Assembly (NCBI GenBank): GCA_964522435.1
Contig: CAZFUL010000004.1
Coordinates: 54,360 to 118,359, forward strand
Reading direction: 5' to 3'
Source of the DNA: an uncultured Gammaproteobacteria bacterium
GTDB taxonomy: Bacteria; Patescibacteriota; Patescibacteriia; Magasanikbacterales; UBA922
DNA length: 64,000 nucleotides
Positions 18,768 to 28,700 of the stretch are shown in pieces. How positions within the stretch are numbered: position 1 is the first letter of the stretch; every line of letters starts with the position of its first letter. Made by a program: the position numbers and the translations under genes. A model generated the notes under the pieces. The model had not been told where the DNA came from, did not search any database, and worked only from the letters and a program-made list of their open reading frames with translations.

Positions 18768-20333
18768 ATGGCAAGTATTGCTTCAAAAAAAACAAAAAGT
18801 GTATTTGCTGGTATTCGAGACAGTTTTGGTGGGAAGAAAAAAAATTTACAACAAGTAAATGAAAAATTATACGAACAAAATTTGGATTTAGCGATTCGTA
18901 ATAAAACACTTTCGTTACTGTATCGTTTATACGAAATCGCGACTGACTCTTTGGAAATAAATATTCTTTCTTCTCGTTTAGTAGATAATACCGCGGACGC
19001 CCTTAGCTTACCTTTTGTAAGTATTTTATTGGTGGACAAAAAAGAAAATTGTTTATCCATTGCAGCTTCAGCAAGCAATAGTGTTCCTAAAACAAATACC
19101 GTGCTTCAGGAGAAAAGAACGAGCTTGTTGCTTTCTACCGTAAAACATAAAAATAATTTATGTTTGCAAGCCTTGTTAAACGGAGAAAAAAAACAAACCC
19201 CGCATTTTTTTCATACCATGCAGCCTTTTTTTAGTACCAAAGCGTTCTCTGCCTTAAAACAACAAATGCATATTGAAACCGCACTTATTTATCCCTTACA
19301 AACAGCAAGAAAAAATATTGGGGTATTAGTTATTGGCTTAGATAAAGCCTATGATGATTTGACCATTTTTGACAAAGATTCTATTACCAACTTGGTGAAT
19401 GTATTTACGGTTGCGCTTGATAAATCTATTGTGTATGAAGATTTAAAACGAGCAAATAGTCGCTTGCAAATTTTGGATAGACAAAAAACAGAATTTCTTT
19501 CTATTGCATCACATCAATTGCGAACGCCTCTTTCTATTATTAAAGGATATATTGAACTTATTTCTGATGGTGCCTATGGACATGTATCTAAAAAATTAGA
19601 CGCGGTCTTAAAAGACATGGCAGATAGCAATGAACGCTTAGTAAAACTTGTCGATGACTTTTTAAATATTAGTCGTATTGAGCAAGGGCGGACAAAATAC
19701 TCGTTTAAAGAGCAGTCGATTGCGCCAATTATTCAAAGTGTAGTAGATGAATTATTACAGCGAGCTGAACAGGCCAATATAAAAATTTCTTGGAAAGGCA
19801 CAAAAAAAGGGAAAAAAGTATATATTGATGATGATAAAATTCGTCATATTATATTTAATTACGTCGATAATGCAATTAAGTATAGTGAAAAAGGGACTAT
19901 TAAAATTTTGGTAGATGAAGAAAATGATGGGATAAATGTTCGTGTGGTAGATGAAGGGTTTGGATTTGGCCCAGAAGATGAAGCAGCCTTTTTTCAAAAA
20001 TTTTATCGAGGAAAAAATGTCGAGGGGACAAACGTGAATGGAACAGGGTTAGGTATTTATGTGTGTCGTCAGTTTGTGGAAGCCCATGGCGGACATGTGT
20101 GGGCGCATAGTCCAGGACTAGGCAAAGGCAGTGAATTTGGCTTTTGGATTCCCATGCAAAAAACAAAAACTCATCAAATGATAGAAAAAATGTCTTCTAC
20201 GGAAAAACAACAAATTGTGAACCAATATGCACCACACGAAGACCTTCCTGTTGTTGCGCAAGGTCTTCTACCGACAGAAAATCCTCTTGTTCAAATAGAT
20301 CCTGCTGTTTCTCCATCTGCCTCTAGTGCCTAG
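18768..20333 (+). CDS. Cytoplasmic GAF-domain sensor histidine kinase
   Basis: H-box EFLSIASHQLRTPL, N-box NYVDNAIKY, G-boxes DEGFG and GTGLG; no TM segment. Confidence 0.92.
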   Translation: MASIASKKTKSVFAGIRDSFGGKKKNLQQVNEKLYEQNLDLAIRNKTLSLLYRLYEIATDSLEINILSSRLVDNTADALSLPFVSILLVDKKENCLSIAASASNSVPKTNTVLQEKRTSLLLSTVKHKNNLCLQALLNGEKKQTPHFFHTMQPFFSTKAFSALKQQMHIETALIYPLQTARKNIGVLVIGLDKAYDDLTIFDKDSITNLVNVFTVALDKSIVYEDLKRANSRLQILDRQKTEFLSIASHQLRTPLSIIKGYIELISDGAYGHVSKKLDAVLKDMADSNERLVKLVDDFLNISRIEQGRTKYSFKEQSIAPIIQSVVDELLQRAEQANIKISWKGTKKGKKVYIDDDKIRHIIFNYVDNAIKYSEKGTIKILVDEENDGINVRVVDEGFGFGPEDEAAFFQKFYRGKNVEGTNVNGTGLGIYVCRQFVEAHGGHVWAHSPGLGKGSEFGFWIPMQKTKTHQMIEKMSSTEKQQIVNQYAPHEDLPVVAQGLLPTENPLVQIDPAVSPSASSA

Positions 20334-20408
20334 GTTTGTTGTGTTTTATTTGATAATTTCGTATACTACCACTATTCTTATTTTTTATTTACTTTTGCCT
20401 ACTTTTGT

Positions 20409-20888
20409 ATGTTTCAAAAAAATTCTGATGAACAATATGTTGCTCCTCAATACGATATGCATGCTGCCGATGAAGTAGAAACCGTTGTTGGGCCTTCTGT
20501 TCAAGTGGAAGGTGATTTTGTTTCAGAAGGGAACATTGTTGTAAAAGGAATTGTTTCTGGAAGCGTAAAAACATCTCGACTCTTGCGTGTTGAAGAAGGT
20601 GCAAAAATTTTAGCACATGTTCGTGCAGGAAATGCGGTGGTCTCTGGGCATATTAAAGGCAATATGCGGGTAGAAGATACCTTAGAACTTACTGCAAGTG
20701 CACAAATTCTTGGAGATATTATTTGTCGAACCTTAGCCGTTGCCCCAGGCGCGTTGATTCACGGAAAAGTGAGTATGAATGGGGTAGAAGATATAGAAGA
20801 AGACAAACAAAAACGATCTCCACGCAAGAAACGATCAGCAGGAGATGATGATATGAAAGAGGGGGACGATGATGACATGGTCATGTAA
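20409..20888 (+). CDS. Bactofilin (polymer-forming cytoskeletal protein)
   Basis: TVVGPSVQVEGD..G.IVVKG.V.G beta-helix repeats; GALIHGKVSM. Confidence 0.9.
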   Translation: MFQKNSDEQYVAPQYDMHAADEVETVVGPSVQVEGDFVSEGNIVVKGIVSGSVKTSRLLRVEEGAKILAHVRAGNAVVSGHIKGNMRVEDTLELTASAQILGDIICRTLAVAPGALIHGKVSMNGVEDIEEDKQKRSPRKKRSAGDDDMKEGDDDDMVM

Positions 20889-20936
20889 GGTATTGCGCTT
20901 AGGAAGGCGGGTTCTCATTTTTTGTTGATACTTCTT

Positions 20937-21698
20937 ATGTATGTATACTTATACGATACATTTTTGACGCATAAAGCATACGATGAAACGCTTAAAGAAG
21001 TGGAAACACGCCTTACGGATTTTGGTATTGCAGGAAAAATTATTCGTTTACAAAAATTTACCAATTGTGAGTTGGTGATTGAAGAAGAAATTCGTCGTGG
21101 GGCTACCACTATTATTATTGTTGGTGATGATCATACCTTTGGGCGTGTGTTATCACGGGCAGCGACCTGTGATATTTTATTTGGATTTTTACCCATGGGA
21201 AAAGAGAATAGTATTGCCCATGTATTAGGGATTCCTATTGGTGTTGATGCTTGTGATGTATTGGCACGGCGGAGAAAAATTCATTTGGATGTGGGCTGGG
21301 TAAATAATCGGTATTTTATTTCACAGCTACATATTCTTGCCCATGATATTCGCGTTACCTATGATGAACAGTTTTCTGTGTCATCATTAAATAAAAAAAT
21401 GGAATTAGTGGTGTGTAATTTACAACCTTTTGTTTGGAAAGGACGGGGAAAAGAATCATATGTGGTTCATCCACAAGATGGAAAGTTGGAAGCGTTTTTA
21501 CGGCCAGTAGCGAAAAAACGTCTTTTTTCTGATATTTATGAAGAGCCAAGTATTTTTCCCTTTGAAGAAATGGAAGTGGTGAGTGATACTCCCTTTGAAG
21601 TGATTAGTGATGGCTATTCGAGTAAAGAAAAAAAGATTGCTATTCGCTTGGCAAAGAATAAAATCAGTATGGTGGTGGGGAAGGAACGATCGTTTTAA
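20937..21698 (+). CDS. Diacylglycerol kinase-family protein (divergent)
   Basis: IIIVGDDHTF, GFLPMG..NSIAHVLGIP, LDVGWVNNRYF, PQDGKLE. Confidence 0.7.
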   Translation: MYVYLYDTFLTHKAYDETLKEVETRLTDFGIAGKIIRLQKFTNCELVIEEEIRRGATTIIIVGDDHTFGRVLSRAATCDILFGFLPMGKENSIAHVLGIPIGVDACDVLARRRKIHLDVGWVNNRYFISQLHILAHDIRVTYDEQFSVSSLNKKMELVVCNLQPFVWKGRGKESYVVHPQDGKLEAFLRPVAKKRLFSDIYEEPSIFPFEEMEVVSDTPFEVISDGYSSKEKKIAIRLAKNKISMVVGKERSF

Positions 21699-21758
21699 CC
21701 GTGTAACTCATTCCCTATTTACTTTTTTTTTAAAGTAGGATATCCTTTTTTCTATTAC

Positions 21759-21841
21759 GCTCAGGTGGCGGAATGGTATACGCGCATGCTTGAGGTGCAT
21801 GTGGGAGTAATCCCGTGGAGGTTCAAGTCCTCTCCTGAGCA
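21759..21841 (+). tRNA. tRNA-Leu(GAG); CCA not encoded
   Basis: Acceptor stem GCTCAGG/CCTGAGC, anticodon arm CATGC-TTGAGGT-GCATG, long variable arm GGGA-gtaa-TCCC, T-loop GTTCAAG. Confidence 0.96.
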
Positions 21842-21846
21842 CAACG

Positions 21847-21878
21847 AAAAACAACCCAATTACTGTAGGGTTGTTTTT
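21847..21878 (+). terminator. Terminator after tRNA-Leu
   Basis: AAAAACAACCC...GGGTTGTTTTT. Confidence 0.75.
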
Positions 21879-21893
21879 GTATCCCCTTGTATA

Positions 21894-22008
21894 TTGACAG
21901 AAAAGGGGATATATGCTAGGTTTGTTCACCTTTTGCGCCAGGACATATTGCGCAAGGGTGTTCCCACAACTAGGGATAGGCATTGCCATCCCACACTCAA
22001 AGAAGGAG
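21894..22008 (+). promoter_or_regulatory. Promoter, structured leader and Shine-Dalgarno of GC-rich cassette 2
   Basis: TTGACA-N17-(TGc)TAGGTT; two leader hairpins; AAGGAG at 22003-22008. Confidence 0.6.
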
Positions 22009-22015
22009 AACGTCG

Positions 22016-22459
22016 ATGAATCGACTGTTCGTTCTCGGAATGGTTCTCTGTCTCGCCGTCGTCGGCTGCTGTGGCAGCCAGCTTCATCCGGCCGAGAAGG
22101 AGAAGTCGGCGGCCACGCTCAAGGCCGAAGCGGCCACCCGCGAGCGTTACGCCAAGGCCCAGGCCGACCGCAAGGCCCAGGCCGAAGCCAACCAGGCAAA
22201 GCAGCAGCGCAAGCAGGAGGAGCAGCTCGCTGCTGCCCGTGCGGCTGAGGACCAGCTCAAGGCCGAGCGCTTGGCCAAGGAGGAGCTGCGTCAGAACCAG
22301 CAGAGCCTCTCTGTCGAGTATATCAAGCGCCACGCGCGGGAACAGAAGGTCTGGGACTGCCAGGCCAAGGCCCGCGAGAAGGGGCAAGACCCCATCAAGA
22401 CCTGCGGCCCGCTCTACCTGCCGAAGAAAAAGAAAGGACGCCTCGCGTCCAGCAACTAG
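22016..22459 (+). CDS. GC-rich putative lipoprotein with an Ala/Gln/Lys coiled coil
   Basis: Signal peptide MNRLFVLGMVLCLAVVGC (lipobox-like), helical charged body, strong SD; 41 of 60 nt are G+C at 22141-22200. Confidence 0.7.
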   Translation: MNRLFVLGMVLCLAVVGCCGSQLHPAEKEKSAATLKAEAATRERYAKAQADRKAQAEANQAKQQRKQEEQLAAARAAEDQLKAERLAKEELRQNQQSLSVEYIKRHAREQKVWDCQAKAREKGQDPIKTCGPLYLPKKKKGRLASSN

Positions 22460-22591
22460 GCTTCTTCGGCGCCATTGTCTCCACCTCGACGTATCGTCGG
22501 GGTGGGGGCATTCAAAAAAATATATGTTATCTGATACAGCCACGGGCTGTTTTTTTTATAACAAAAAACCCCGATGTCATCGAGGTACTTT

Positions 22592-22992
22592 GTTGTTCAT
22601 CAGGCGTAAGCCGAATTTTGTCTCCCAATGAAATCATTGGGTGATGATCATTTCTCTTGTTCCACTATTGCTAGGGGAATCTAACGAGCGAACTTTTCCA
22701 ATGCCGATAAATCGGCAAGGGCTGCTCTTTCTCTCCATAGGGTTTACCACCCCCGTTCCTCGCGGATGGGGGAGTATATTTGCTTTTGTCTATAGGGCAA
22801 AAACATATATACACTTTTCACCTTTCTCCCGATGTAATCGAGATAGTATTGTCTCTGTGGCACTGTCCCGAACGTAGCGTTACCGATACGTTGGTGGGTG
22901 TTACCCACTATGTGATTATCTCCCAGAGGGAGATGAGAGTTCGGACTTTCCTCCCCGACCTAAGGGTAGGGGCGATCATCTGCTTGATGAAC
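22592..22992 (-). ncRNA. rnpB: RNase P RNA
   Basis: Minus strand has GAGGAAAGTCCGAAC (5' P4) and ACAAAATTCGGCTTA (3' P4); P1 helix GTTCATCA/TGATGAAC; upstream TTGACC-N17-TATAGT promoter (22999-23027). Confidence 0.93.
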
Positions 22993-23086
22993 TGGCATAC
23001 TATAGCAAAAAAATGCGTGTTGGTCAAGTTGACCGTTTGCCTGTTTTTTCGTATGATACGCATAACGCTATTCCTTTTTTCTTGTT

Positions 23087-24505
23087 ATGAAACGATTTGA
23101 ACTCTTGTTTTTGTTTATTCAAATTCCTATTGATTTACTCATGTTATTGTGTGCCGCACTTACTGCGTATGCGCTTCGTTTTTCAGATTGGGCGGTAGGA
23201 TTGCGTCCGGTAATGTTTGATCTCACTATTGCCGAGTATCTGTCACTGCTTGCTATTGTTATTCCGTTGTGGTTGATATTATTTGCGATTGTTGGTTTAT
23301 ACAGCCCAAGCCCGTCCCGTCGTTTTGCAACAGATTTATTGCGCATATTTTTTGCAACCGCTGCGGTGCTTGCAGGGATTGCGTTATATGTGTTGTTTTC
23401 TCAACAATTATTTGATTCTCGCTTTCTTATTGCGGCTGGCTGGATATTGGCATTACTCTATGTAATGATAGGACGCTTTTTGGTTCGAGGGGTAAAAGGG
23501 ATTTGTTACCGAAGAGGAAAAGGATTACGACGTATTGTTATTATTGGACAAGATGCAATTGCCGATGAATTAGCCGAGACCCTCATGAAAAGAAAAGAAC
23601 TTGGCTATACTGTGGTGGCAGTGTTTGCTCATTTTACGGCGCATACCAAAAAAGAGGTAGACCAGCTGTCTCTTGATGAGGTGATTATGACAAATCCTCG
23701 CGCCAATGAAGAAGAAACCCTTTCGTTATTAGATTATCTGCAAGAACGGCATATTGCCTTTAAATATTCTGCAGATTTGTTTGCCACTATTGCAGCCAAT
23801 ACAACGATTCATCCCTTAGCAGGTATTCCTATTGTAGAAATAAAACCGACGAGATTAGAAGGGTGGGGAAGAATTGTAAAACGTATTGCCGACATTGTCA
23901 TTTCTTTACTGATATTGATTATCACGAGTCCGCTATTTCTTATTACGGGGATTATTATTTTGTGTGAAACCGGTCGTCCTATTATTTATAAAAATGAACG
24001 AGTGGGCGTCCGAAAAAAACATTTTTTTGTGTATAAATTTCGTTCGATGTATCAAAAAGATTCAACGGGTGCACAGTTTGGAGCGGATGGACAAAAGGCA
24101 TTGAAACGAGAACAAGAGTTGATTAAAGAAAAAAATAGTCGTTCTGGCCCTATTTATAAAGTACAAAATGATCCTCGGGTCACGCCCTTTGGCCGCTTTA
24201 TTCGTCGCTTTAGTATTGATGAATTTCCTCAATTTTTTAACGTTTTAAAAGGGAACATGAGTATTGTTGGTCCTCGCCCACATCAACCACGAGAAGTATC
24301 TGGATATGAAAAACGACATCGCTTGGCCTTTCATGTAAAGCCAGGGATTACTGGACTCGCACAAATTTCTGGGCGCAGTGATTTAAGCTATGAAGAAGAA
24401 ATGCGACTAGATATTCTGTATATTGAACGGTGGAGTATCTTGCTTGATATCATTATTTTTATTAAAACACCGTTTGTGTTGTTTAAGAGGAGAAAAGTGG
24501 AGTAA
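23087..24505 (+). CDS. Polyprenyl-phosphate sugar-1-phosphate transferase (WcaJ/WbaP family priming glycosyltransferase)
   Basis: N-terminal TMs; KRIADI, YKFRSM, DPRVTPFGRFIRRFSIDEFPQ, VGPRP, KPGITGLAQ. Confidence 0.93.
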   Translation: MKRFELLFLFIQIPIDLLMLLCAALTAYALRFSDWAVGLRPVMFDLTIAEYLSLLAIVIPLWLILFAIVGLYSPSPSRRFATDLLRIFFATAAVLAGIALYVLFSQQLFDSRFLIAAGWILALLYVMIGRFLVRGVKGICYRRGKGLRRIVIIGQDAIADELAETLMKRKELGYTVVAVFAHFTAHTKKEVDQLSLDEVIMTNPRANEEETLSLLDYLQERHIAFKYSADLFATIAANTTIHPLAGIPIVEIKPTRLEGWGRIVKRIADIVISLLILIITSPLFLITGIIILCETGRPIIYKNERVGVRKKHFFVYKFRSMYQKDSTGAQFGADGQKALKREQELIKEKNSRSGPIYKVQNDPRVTPFGRFIRRFSIDEFPQFFNVLKGNMSIVGPRPHQPREVSGYEKRHRLAFHVKPGITGLAQISGRSDLSYEEEMRLDILYIERWSILLDIIIFIKTPFVLFKRRKVE

Positions 24506-24509
24506 GCCT

Positions 24510-25640
24510 ATGAAAGTAGCCCTAGTACATGATTATCTTTCTCAAGACGGTGGTGCCGAGCAAGTATTGCGCGCGTTTCACGAACTATGGCCAGAGGCGC
24601 CTATTTTTGTCTTGTTTCATGATAAAAAAAGTGTGCAAGGGTTTGAACACGCACATATTATTGAATCCTTTATTGCAAAGGTGCCTTTTGCAAAAAAGAA
24701 GTATCGCTGGTTATTACCCTGGATGCCGCTTGCAACAGAACATCATAATCTGCATGAGTTTGATGTGGTTATTTCTTCAACCAGTGCATTTGCAAAAGGC
24801 GTACTTACCAGACCTGAGACACTGCATATTTCGTATTGTCATACCCCAACACGCTATCTTTGGACAGACACACACGAATATTTGAGTGACTTAAAACTCA
24901 ATATTGGCTTAAAAACACTATTGCCTCGTTTAATGCACCGACTGCGGGTATGGGATAAAATGAGCGTTGATCGTGTTGATTATTTTATTGCAAATTCAAA
25001 TACCGTACGGCAACGAATTGCGAAATATTATCGTCGTGAAAGTGATATTATTTATCCACCCGTTGATACGGCGCTATTTTCTATTAGTAAAGAAAAAGAA
25101 CCATATTTTGTTGCTGGGGGTCGTTTAGTTCCCTATAAACGATTTGATCTTATTGTAGAAACGTTTAACCGCTTAGGATTGCCAATAAAAATTTTTGGCG
25201 TCGGACCAGAACTTGCCGCTCTCAAAAAAATGGCAAAACCACATATTGAATTTGTTGGGCGAGTATCCGACACACAAAAAGCGGCATTAATTGCACAGGC
25301 CCAAGCATTTATTCATCCACAGATAGAAGATCTAGGCATCACTCCTATAGAAGCAATGGCAAGTGGGGTTCCGGTAATTGCGTATGGGGTTGGTGGAGTA
25401 ACAGAAACTGTTATTCCCCAAAAAACAGGTATCTTTTTTTATGAACAACAGTGGGAATCGCTCTTTAACGCGGTGCAAGAGTTTCGTAGGTATAGCTGGG
25501 ATGCGCAAGCCATTTATGATCACGCGCAAAAATACAATAAAGAAACGTTTAAAAAAACCGTTAAAACGTATGTGGAAGGACGCTATGCTGCGTTTCAACA
25601 AGGGAGTGCCCGTTGTCAAATTGACATTCGTAGCTCATAG
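24510..25640 (+). CDS. Glycosyltransferase family 4
   Basis: KVALVHDYL..GGAE; EDLGITPIEAMASG. Confidence 0.92.
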   Translation: MKVALVHDYLSQDGGAEQVLRAFHELWPEAPIFVLFHDKKSVQGFEHAHIIESFIAKVPFAKKKYRWLLPWMPLATEHHNLHEFDVVISSTSAFAKGVLTRPETLHISYCHTPTRYLWTDTHEYLSDLKLNIGLKTLLPRLMHRLRVWDKMSVDRVDYFIANSNTVRQRIAKYYRRESDIIYPPVDTALFSISKEKEPYFVAGGRLVPYKRFDLIVETFNRLGLPIKIFGVGPELAALKKMAKPHIEFVGRVSDTQKAALIAQAQAFIHPQIEDLGITPIEAMASGVPVIAYGVGGVTETVIPQKTGIFFYEQQWESLFNAVQEFRRYSWDAQAIYDHAQKYNKETFKKTVKTYVEGRYAAFQQGSARCQIDIRSS

Positions 25641-25643
25641 CAT

Positions 25644-26780
25644 ATGAACATTGCTATTGATGGTCGCAGTCTCATGAGCTATCCTCGAACAGGCGTTGGG
25701 ACCTACACCTATGAGTTACTGCGTGCGCTGTTAGAACAACCAGATAGTACGCATACCTATTATATATTTTTTAATGCGTTCAAACCGCTCTCTGATCAGA
25801 TACCGTTGTTTGTAGGAGATCGTGTTCATATCGTGTACACTCGCTGGCCAAACAAATTGTTTCATCTGTTGGTATGGCTACGCATTATTGCCATTGATCG
25901 TCTTATTGAAAAAAAAATGAAGGTTCGGCTTGATTATTTTTTTTGTCCCAACATTCATATTACCCATATTGCGAAAACACCTGTCTTACTCACGATTCAT
26001 GATATATCGTTTGATATCTATAAAGAGTGCTACTCTTGGGGAAGACGAATTTGGCATGCGTTGGTACAGCCACGCGCGCAGGCAACGCGGGCGCATATGG
26101 TTATTACGCCATCCGAACATTCTCGACAGGATATTCTATTTCGTTACCAGCTTGATCCTAAAAACGTACAGGTTATTGTGCCAGGCCTTGCTATTACTGC
26201 TGCCATAAAAACAGAGCAACAACGAACAGCGGTTCTTGATCGTTTGTCTATACACCAACCCTATTTCTTTTTTTTGGGAACAATTGAACCAAGAAAAAAT
26301 ATTGAAATCCTGGTGCGGTCATTTATTAAAACAAATTTAGTGAGTAAGGGGTACCGTCTTGTGCTTGCTGGCTCTCTTGGCTGGAAAGAAAAAAATATAC
26401 TTCATCTTATCCGTACCACTCCTGGGGTTACCTGGATTGGCTATGTTTCTGAAGAAGAAAAAAATGTATTATTACAGCAGGCATCCGTGTTTGTGTATCC
26501 CTCTCTATACGAGGGATTTGGCTTTCCTGTGCTTGAAGCGCGTGCAGCCGGAATCCCTGTGATTACGAGCAATCGTTCATCTCTTCCTGATGTTGCCGGG
26601 GAGCATGCCTTATTGATCCATCCGGATAGTAGTGATGATCTTGCTTGTGCTATGATAGACGCCTGTAGCAGAACCGTTCCTCTGACGGATAGGGAAGTGG
26701 TACAAAAACAGTATTCATGGACAACCGCAGCGACACAACTGTCTTCTTTTTTTAACAGTACCTATGCGAATTGGCATTGA
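25644..26780 (+). CDS. Glycosyltransferase family 4
   Basis: GTIEPRKN; YPSLYEGFGFPVLEA. Confidence 0.92.
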   Translation: MNIAIDGRSLMSYPRTGVGTYTYELLRALLEQPDSTHTYYIFFNAFKPLSDQIPLFVGDRVHIVYTRWPNKLFHLLVWLRIIAIDRLIEKKMKVRLDYFFCPNIHITHIAKTPVLLTIHDISFDIYKECYSWGRRIWHALVQPRAQATRAHMVITPSEHSRQDILFRYQLDPKNVQVIVPGLAITAAIKTEQQRTAVLDRLSIHQPYFFFLGTIEPRKNIEILVRSFIKTNLVSKGYRLVLAGSLGWKEKNILHLIRTTPGVTWIGYVSEEEKNVLLQQASVFVYPSLYEGFGFPVLEARAAGIPVITSNRSSLPDVAGEHALLIHPDSSDDLACAMIDACSRTVPLTDREVVQKQYSWTTAATQLSSFFNSTYANWH

Positions 26781-27891
26781 CGCACGCATGCTTGGCCCTG
26801 GGTTTGGCCTTGCTCGCTATGTGCAACAATTAGTGATTCATTTAGAACAACAGGCAACAACGCATGAGTATGTGTTATTTATGCGCCAAGATAATTGGGA
26901 TGAGTTCATCCCAACCTCTTCTCAATATACAAAAGTGCTTGCAGACATCCCGTGGTATTCGCTGGAAGAACAAGTCGCTTTTAGTTCTATCATAAAACAA
27001 CACCACCTTGATCTCATGCATTTTCCCCATTGGAATGTTCCGTATATGTATACAGATCCGTATATTGTGACCATTCATGATCTGACCATGTTTCACTTTC
27101 CAAGACCTGAGGCTACGACCAAAGGAAAAGTAGAATTTTTTTTAAAAGATCAGGCACATCGAGCGCTGTTAAAAAGAATTGTGAAAAAAGCGCAACATAT
27201 TATTACCGCGAGTGAGTGGACAAAACAGGATATGCATAGGGCTCTTGCTGCCCCGCTTGAGCGTATGACTACCATATATCAAGCGCCGTTTACTGTTTCT
27301 GATCCCCAGATATTTTCTCCGAGGACACATCAGATTACTCAGCCCTATGTGTTATATGTGGGTGCGGCGTACCCGCATAAAAATTTGGATTGTCTTGTTG
27401 CCGCCTGGGCACAGTATGTTGAAAAACATGGGCAAACGCATCAACTCGTATTGGCGGGAAAAAGAAATTATTTTTATGATCGATTACTGGCGCTCTGTGA
27501 GGAGCGCTATGGGGATATTGGGATACGCGCTATTGGTTTTGTTCCCGATAATCAATTAGCGAGTTTGTATAAACAAGCTGCGCTGTTTGTGTATCCATCG
27601 TTATATGAAGGATTTGGTTTACCCCCGCTTGAAGCCATGCAACAAGGAACGCCGGTGATTGCTGCGCAATCCAGCTGCTTACCAGAGGTATTAGGAGAAG
27701 GCGTGTATTATGTCGATCCCTCTTCTTCGACACATATGGCGGATGCAATCAGTCGTGTGTTACAGGATGAAGAATTGCAGTTTCAGCTCAAGCAGCAGGG
27801 GAGAGCAGAAGTAACAAAATATAGCTGGGAGAGCTTGGCTCGGCAAACAGTACAGCTCTATACACGCTATAGCGCTCCCTTGAAAAAATAA
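26764..27891 (+). CDS. Glycosyltransferase family 4
   Basis: MRIGIDAR; YPHKN; YPSLYEGFGLPPLEAM. Confidence 0.92.
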   Translation: MRIGIDARMLGPGFGLARYVQQLVIHLEQQATTHEYVLFMRQDNWDEFIPTSSQYTKVLADIPWYSLEEQVAFSSIIKQHHLDLMHFPHWNVPYMYTDPYIVTIHDLTMFHFPRPEATTKGKVEFFLKDQAHRALLKRIVKKAQHIITASEWTKQDMHRALAAPLERMTTIYQAPFTVSDPQIFSPRTHQITQPYVLYVGAAYPHKNLDCLVAAWAQYVEKHGQTHQLVLAGKRNYFYDRLLALCEERYGDIGIRAIGFVPDNQLASLYKQAALFVYPSLYEGFGLPPLEAMQQGTPVIAAQSSCLPEVLGEGVYYVDPSSSTHMADAISRVLQDEELQFQLKQQGRAEVTKYSWESLARQTVQLYTRYSAPLKK

Positions 27892-27935
27892 GGGATTGTT
27901 GCTATACTATGCGAACTATTCATTGATTTTTTATT

Positions 27936-28685
27936 ATGGCAGCATTTTTTAACGCTATTTTATATCAACCTATTTTTAATCTGTTTGTTGGGCTTTATAC
28001 CGCTATTCCTGATGTGGGTGTGGTTATTGTGATTATTACCTTATTGATTAAGGTGTTATTGTATCCATCAACAAAAAAATCAATTATTGCGCAACGATCG
28101 TTGCAAGAATTACAACCAAAATTAGAAGAATTAAAAAAACAATATAAAGACAATCAACAAACCTTGGCGCAAGAAACCATGAAGATGTACAAGGAACATA
28201 AAGTGAATCCACTTGGTTCTTGTTTACCTATTTTGATTCAATTGCCAATCTTTCTTGCACTATATTGGGTGTTTAGAGACGGGTTAACAAGCGATAATTT
28301 TGAGCAATTATATTCGTTTATTCCGAATCCTGGCCATATTAACTCAATGAGTTTTGGTATTTTTGATTTAAGTAAACCGTCCATTGTTCTTGCGGTTCTT
28401 GCAGGGGGAGCACAATTTTTACAAGCAAAAACGCTTATGCGTCGTCGTCCACCAAGCGCGGCTGGAGATGGTGGTAAAGATGAAAGTATGATGGCGATTA
28501 TGAATAAGCAAATGCTCTATGTGATGCCCGTGATGACCGTGTTGATTGGGACGCAATTGCCAGGTGGCCTTTCGTTATATTGGTTTTTATCTACCTTGTT
28601 TACAGCGATTCAACAATGGTGGTTATTTAAAGATGGGGTAAAACCAGAAGATACCGGCGTGATTGAAGGAAAAATTGTATCATAA
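27936..28685 (+). CDS. yidC: Membrane protein insertase YidC (short form)
   Basis: LQPKLEELKKQYK, YKEHKVNPLGSCLPILIQLPIF, GLSLYW. Confidence 0.95.
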   Translation: MAAFFNAILYQPIFNLFVGLYTAIPDVGVVIVIITLLIKVLLYPSTKKSIIAQRSLQELQPKLEELKKQYKDNQQTLAQETMKMYKEHKVNPLGSCLPILIQLPIFLALYWVFRDGLTSDNFEQLYSFIPNPGHINSMSFGIFDLSKPSIVLAVLAGGAQFLQAKTLMRRRPPSAAGDGGKDESMMAIMNKQMLYVMPVMTVLIGTQLPGGLSLYWFLSTLFTAIQQWWLFKDGVKPEDTGVIEGKIVS

Positions 28686-28700
28686 TTACTATACCCAGAT

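Noticed and set aside
17480-22510. 3' hairpins of the GC-rich genes as integron attC sites
   Set aside because: No RYYYAAC/GTTRRRY boxes, no tandem cassette array and no integrase
21759-22560. tRNA-anchored genomic island or prophage
   Set aside because: No integrase and no duplicated tRNA 3' end seen
21926-22631. Long overlapping ORFs 21926-22543 (-), 21913-22248 (+) and 22071-22631 (+)
   Set aside because: Shadow ORFs caused by high GC; only 22016-22459 has an SD, a signal peptide and GC3-biased codons
22641-23100. Small ORFs 22641-22877 and 22780-23100
   Set aside because: They overlap RNase P RNA on the opposite strand
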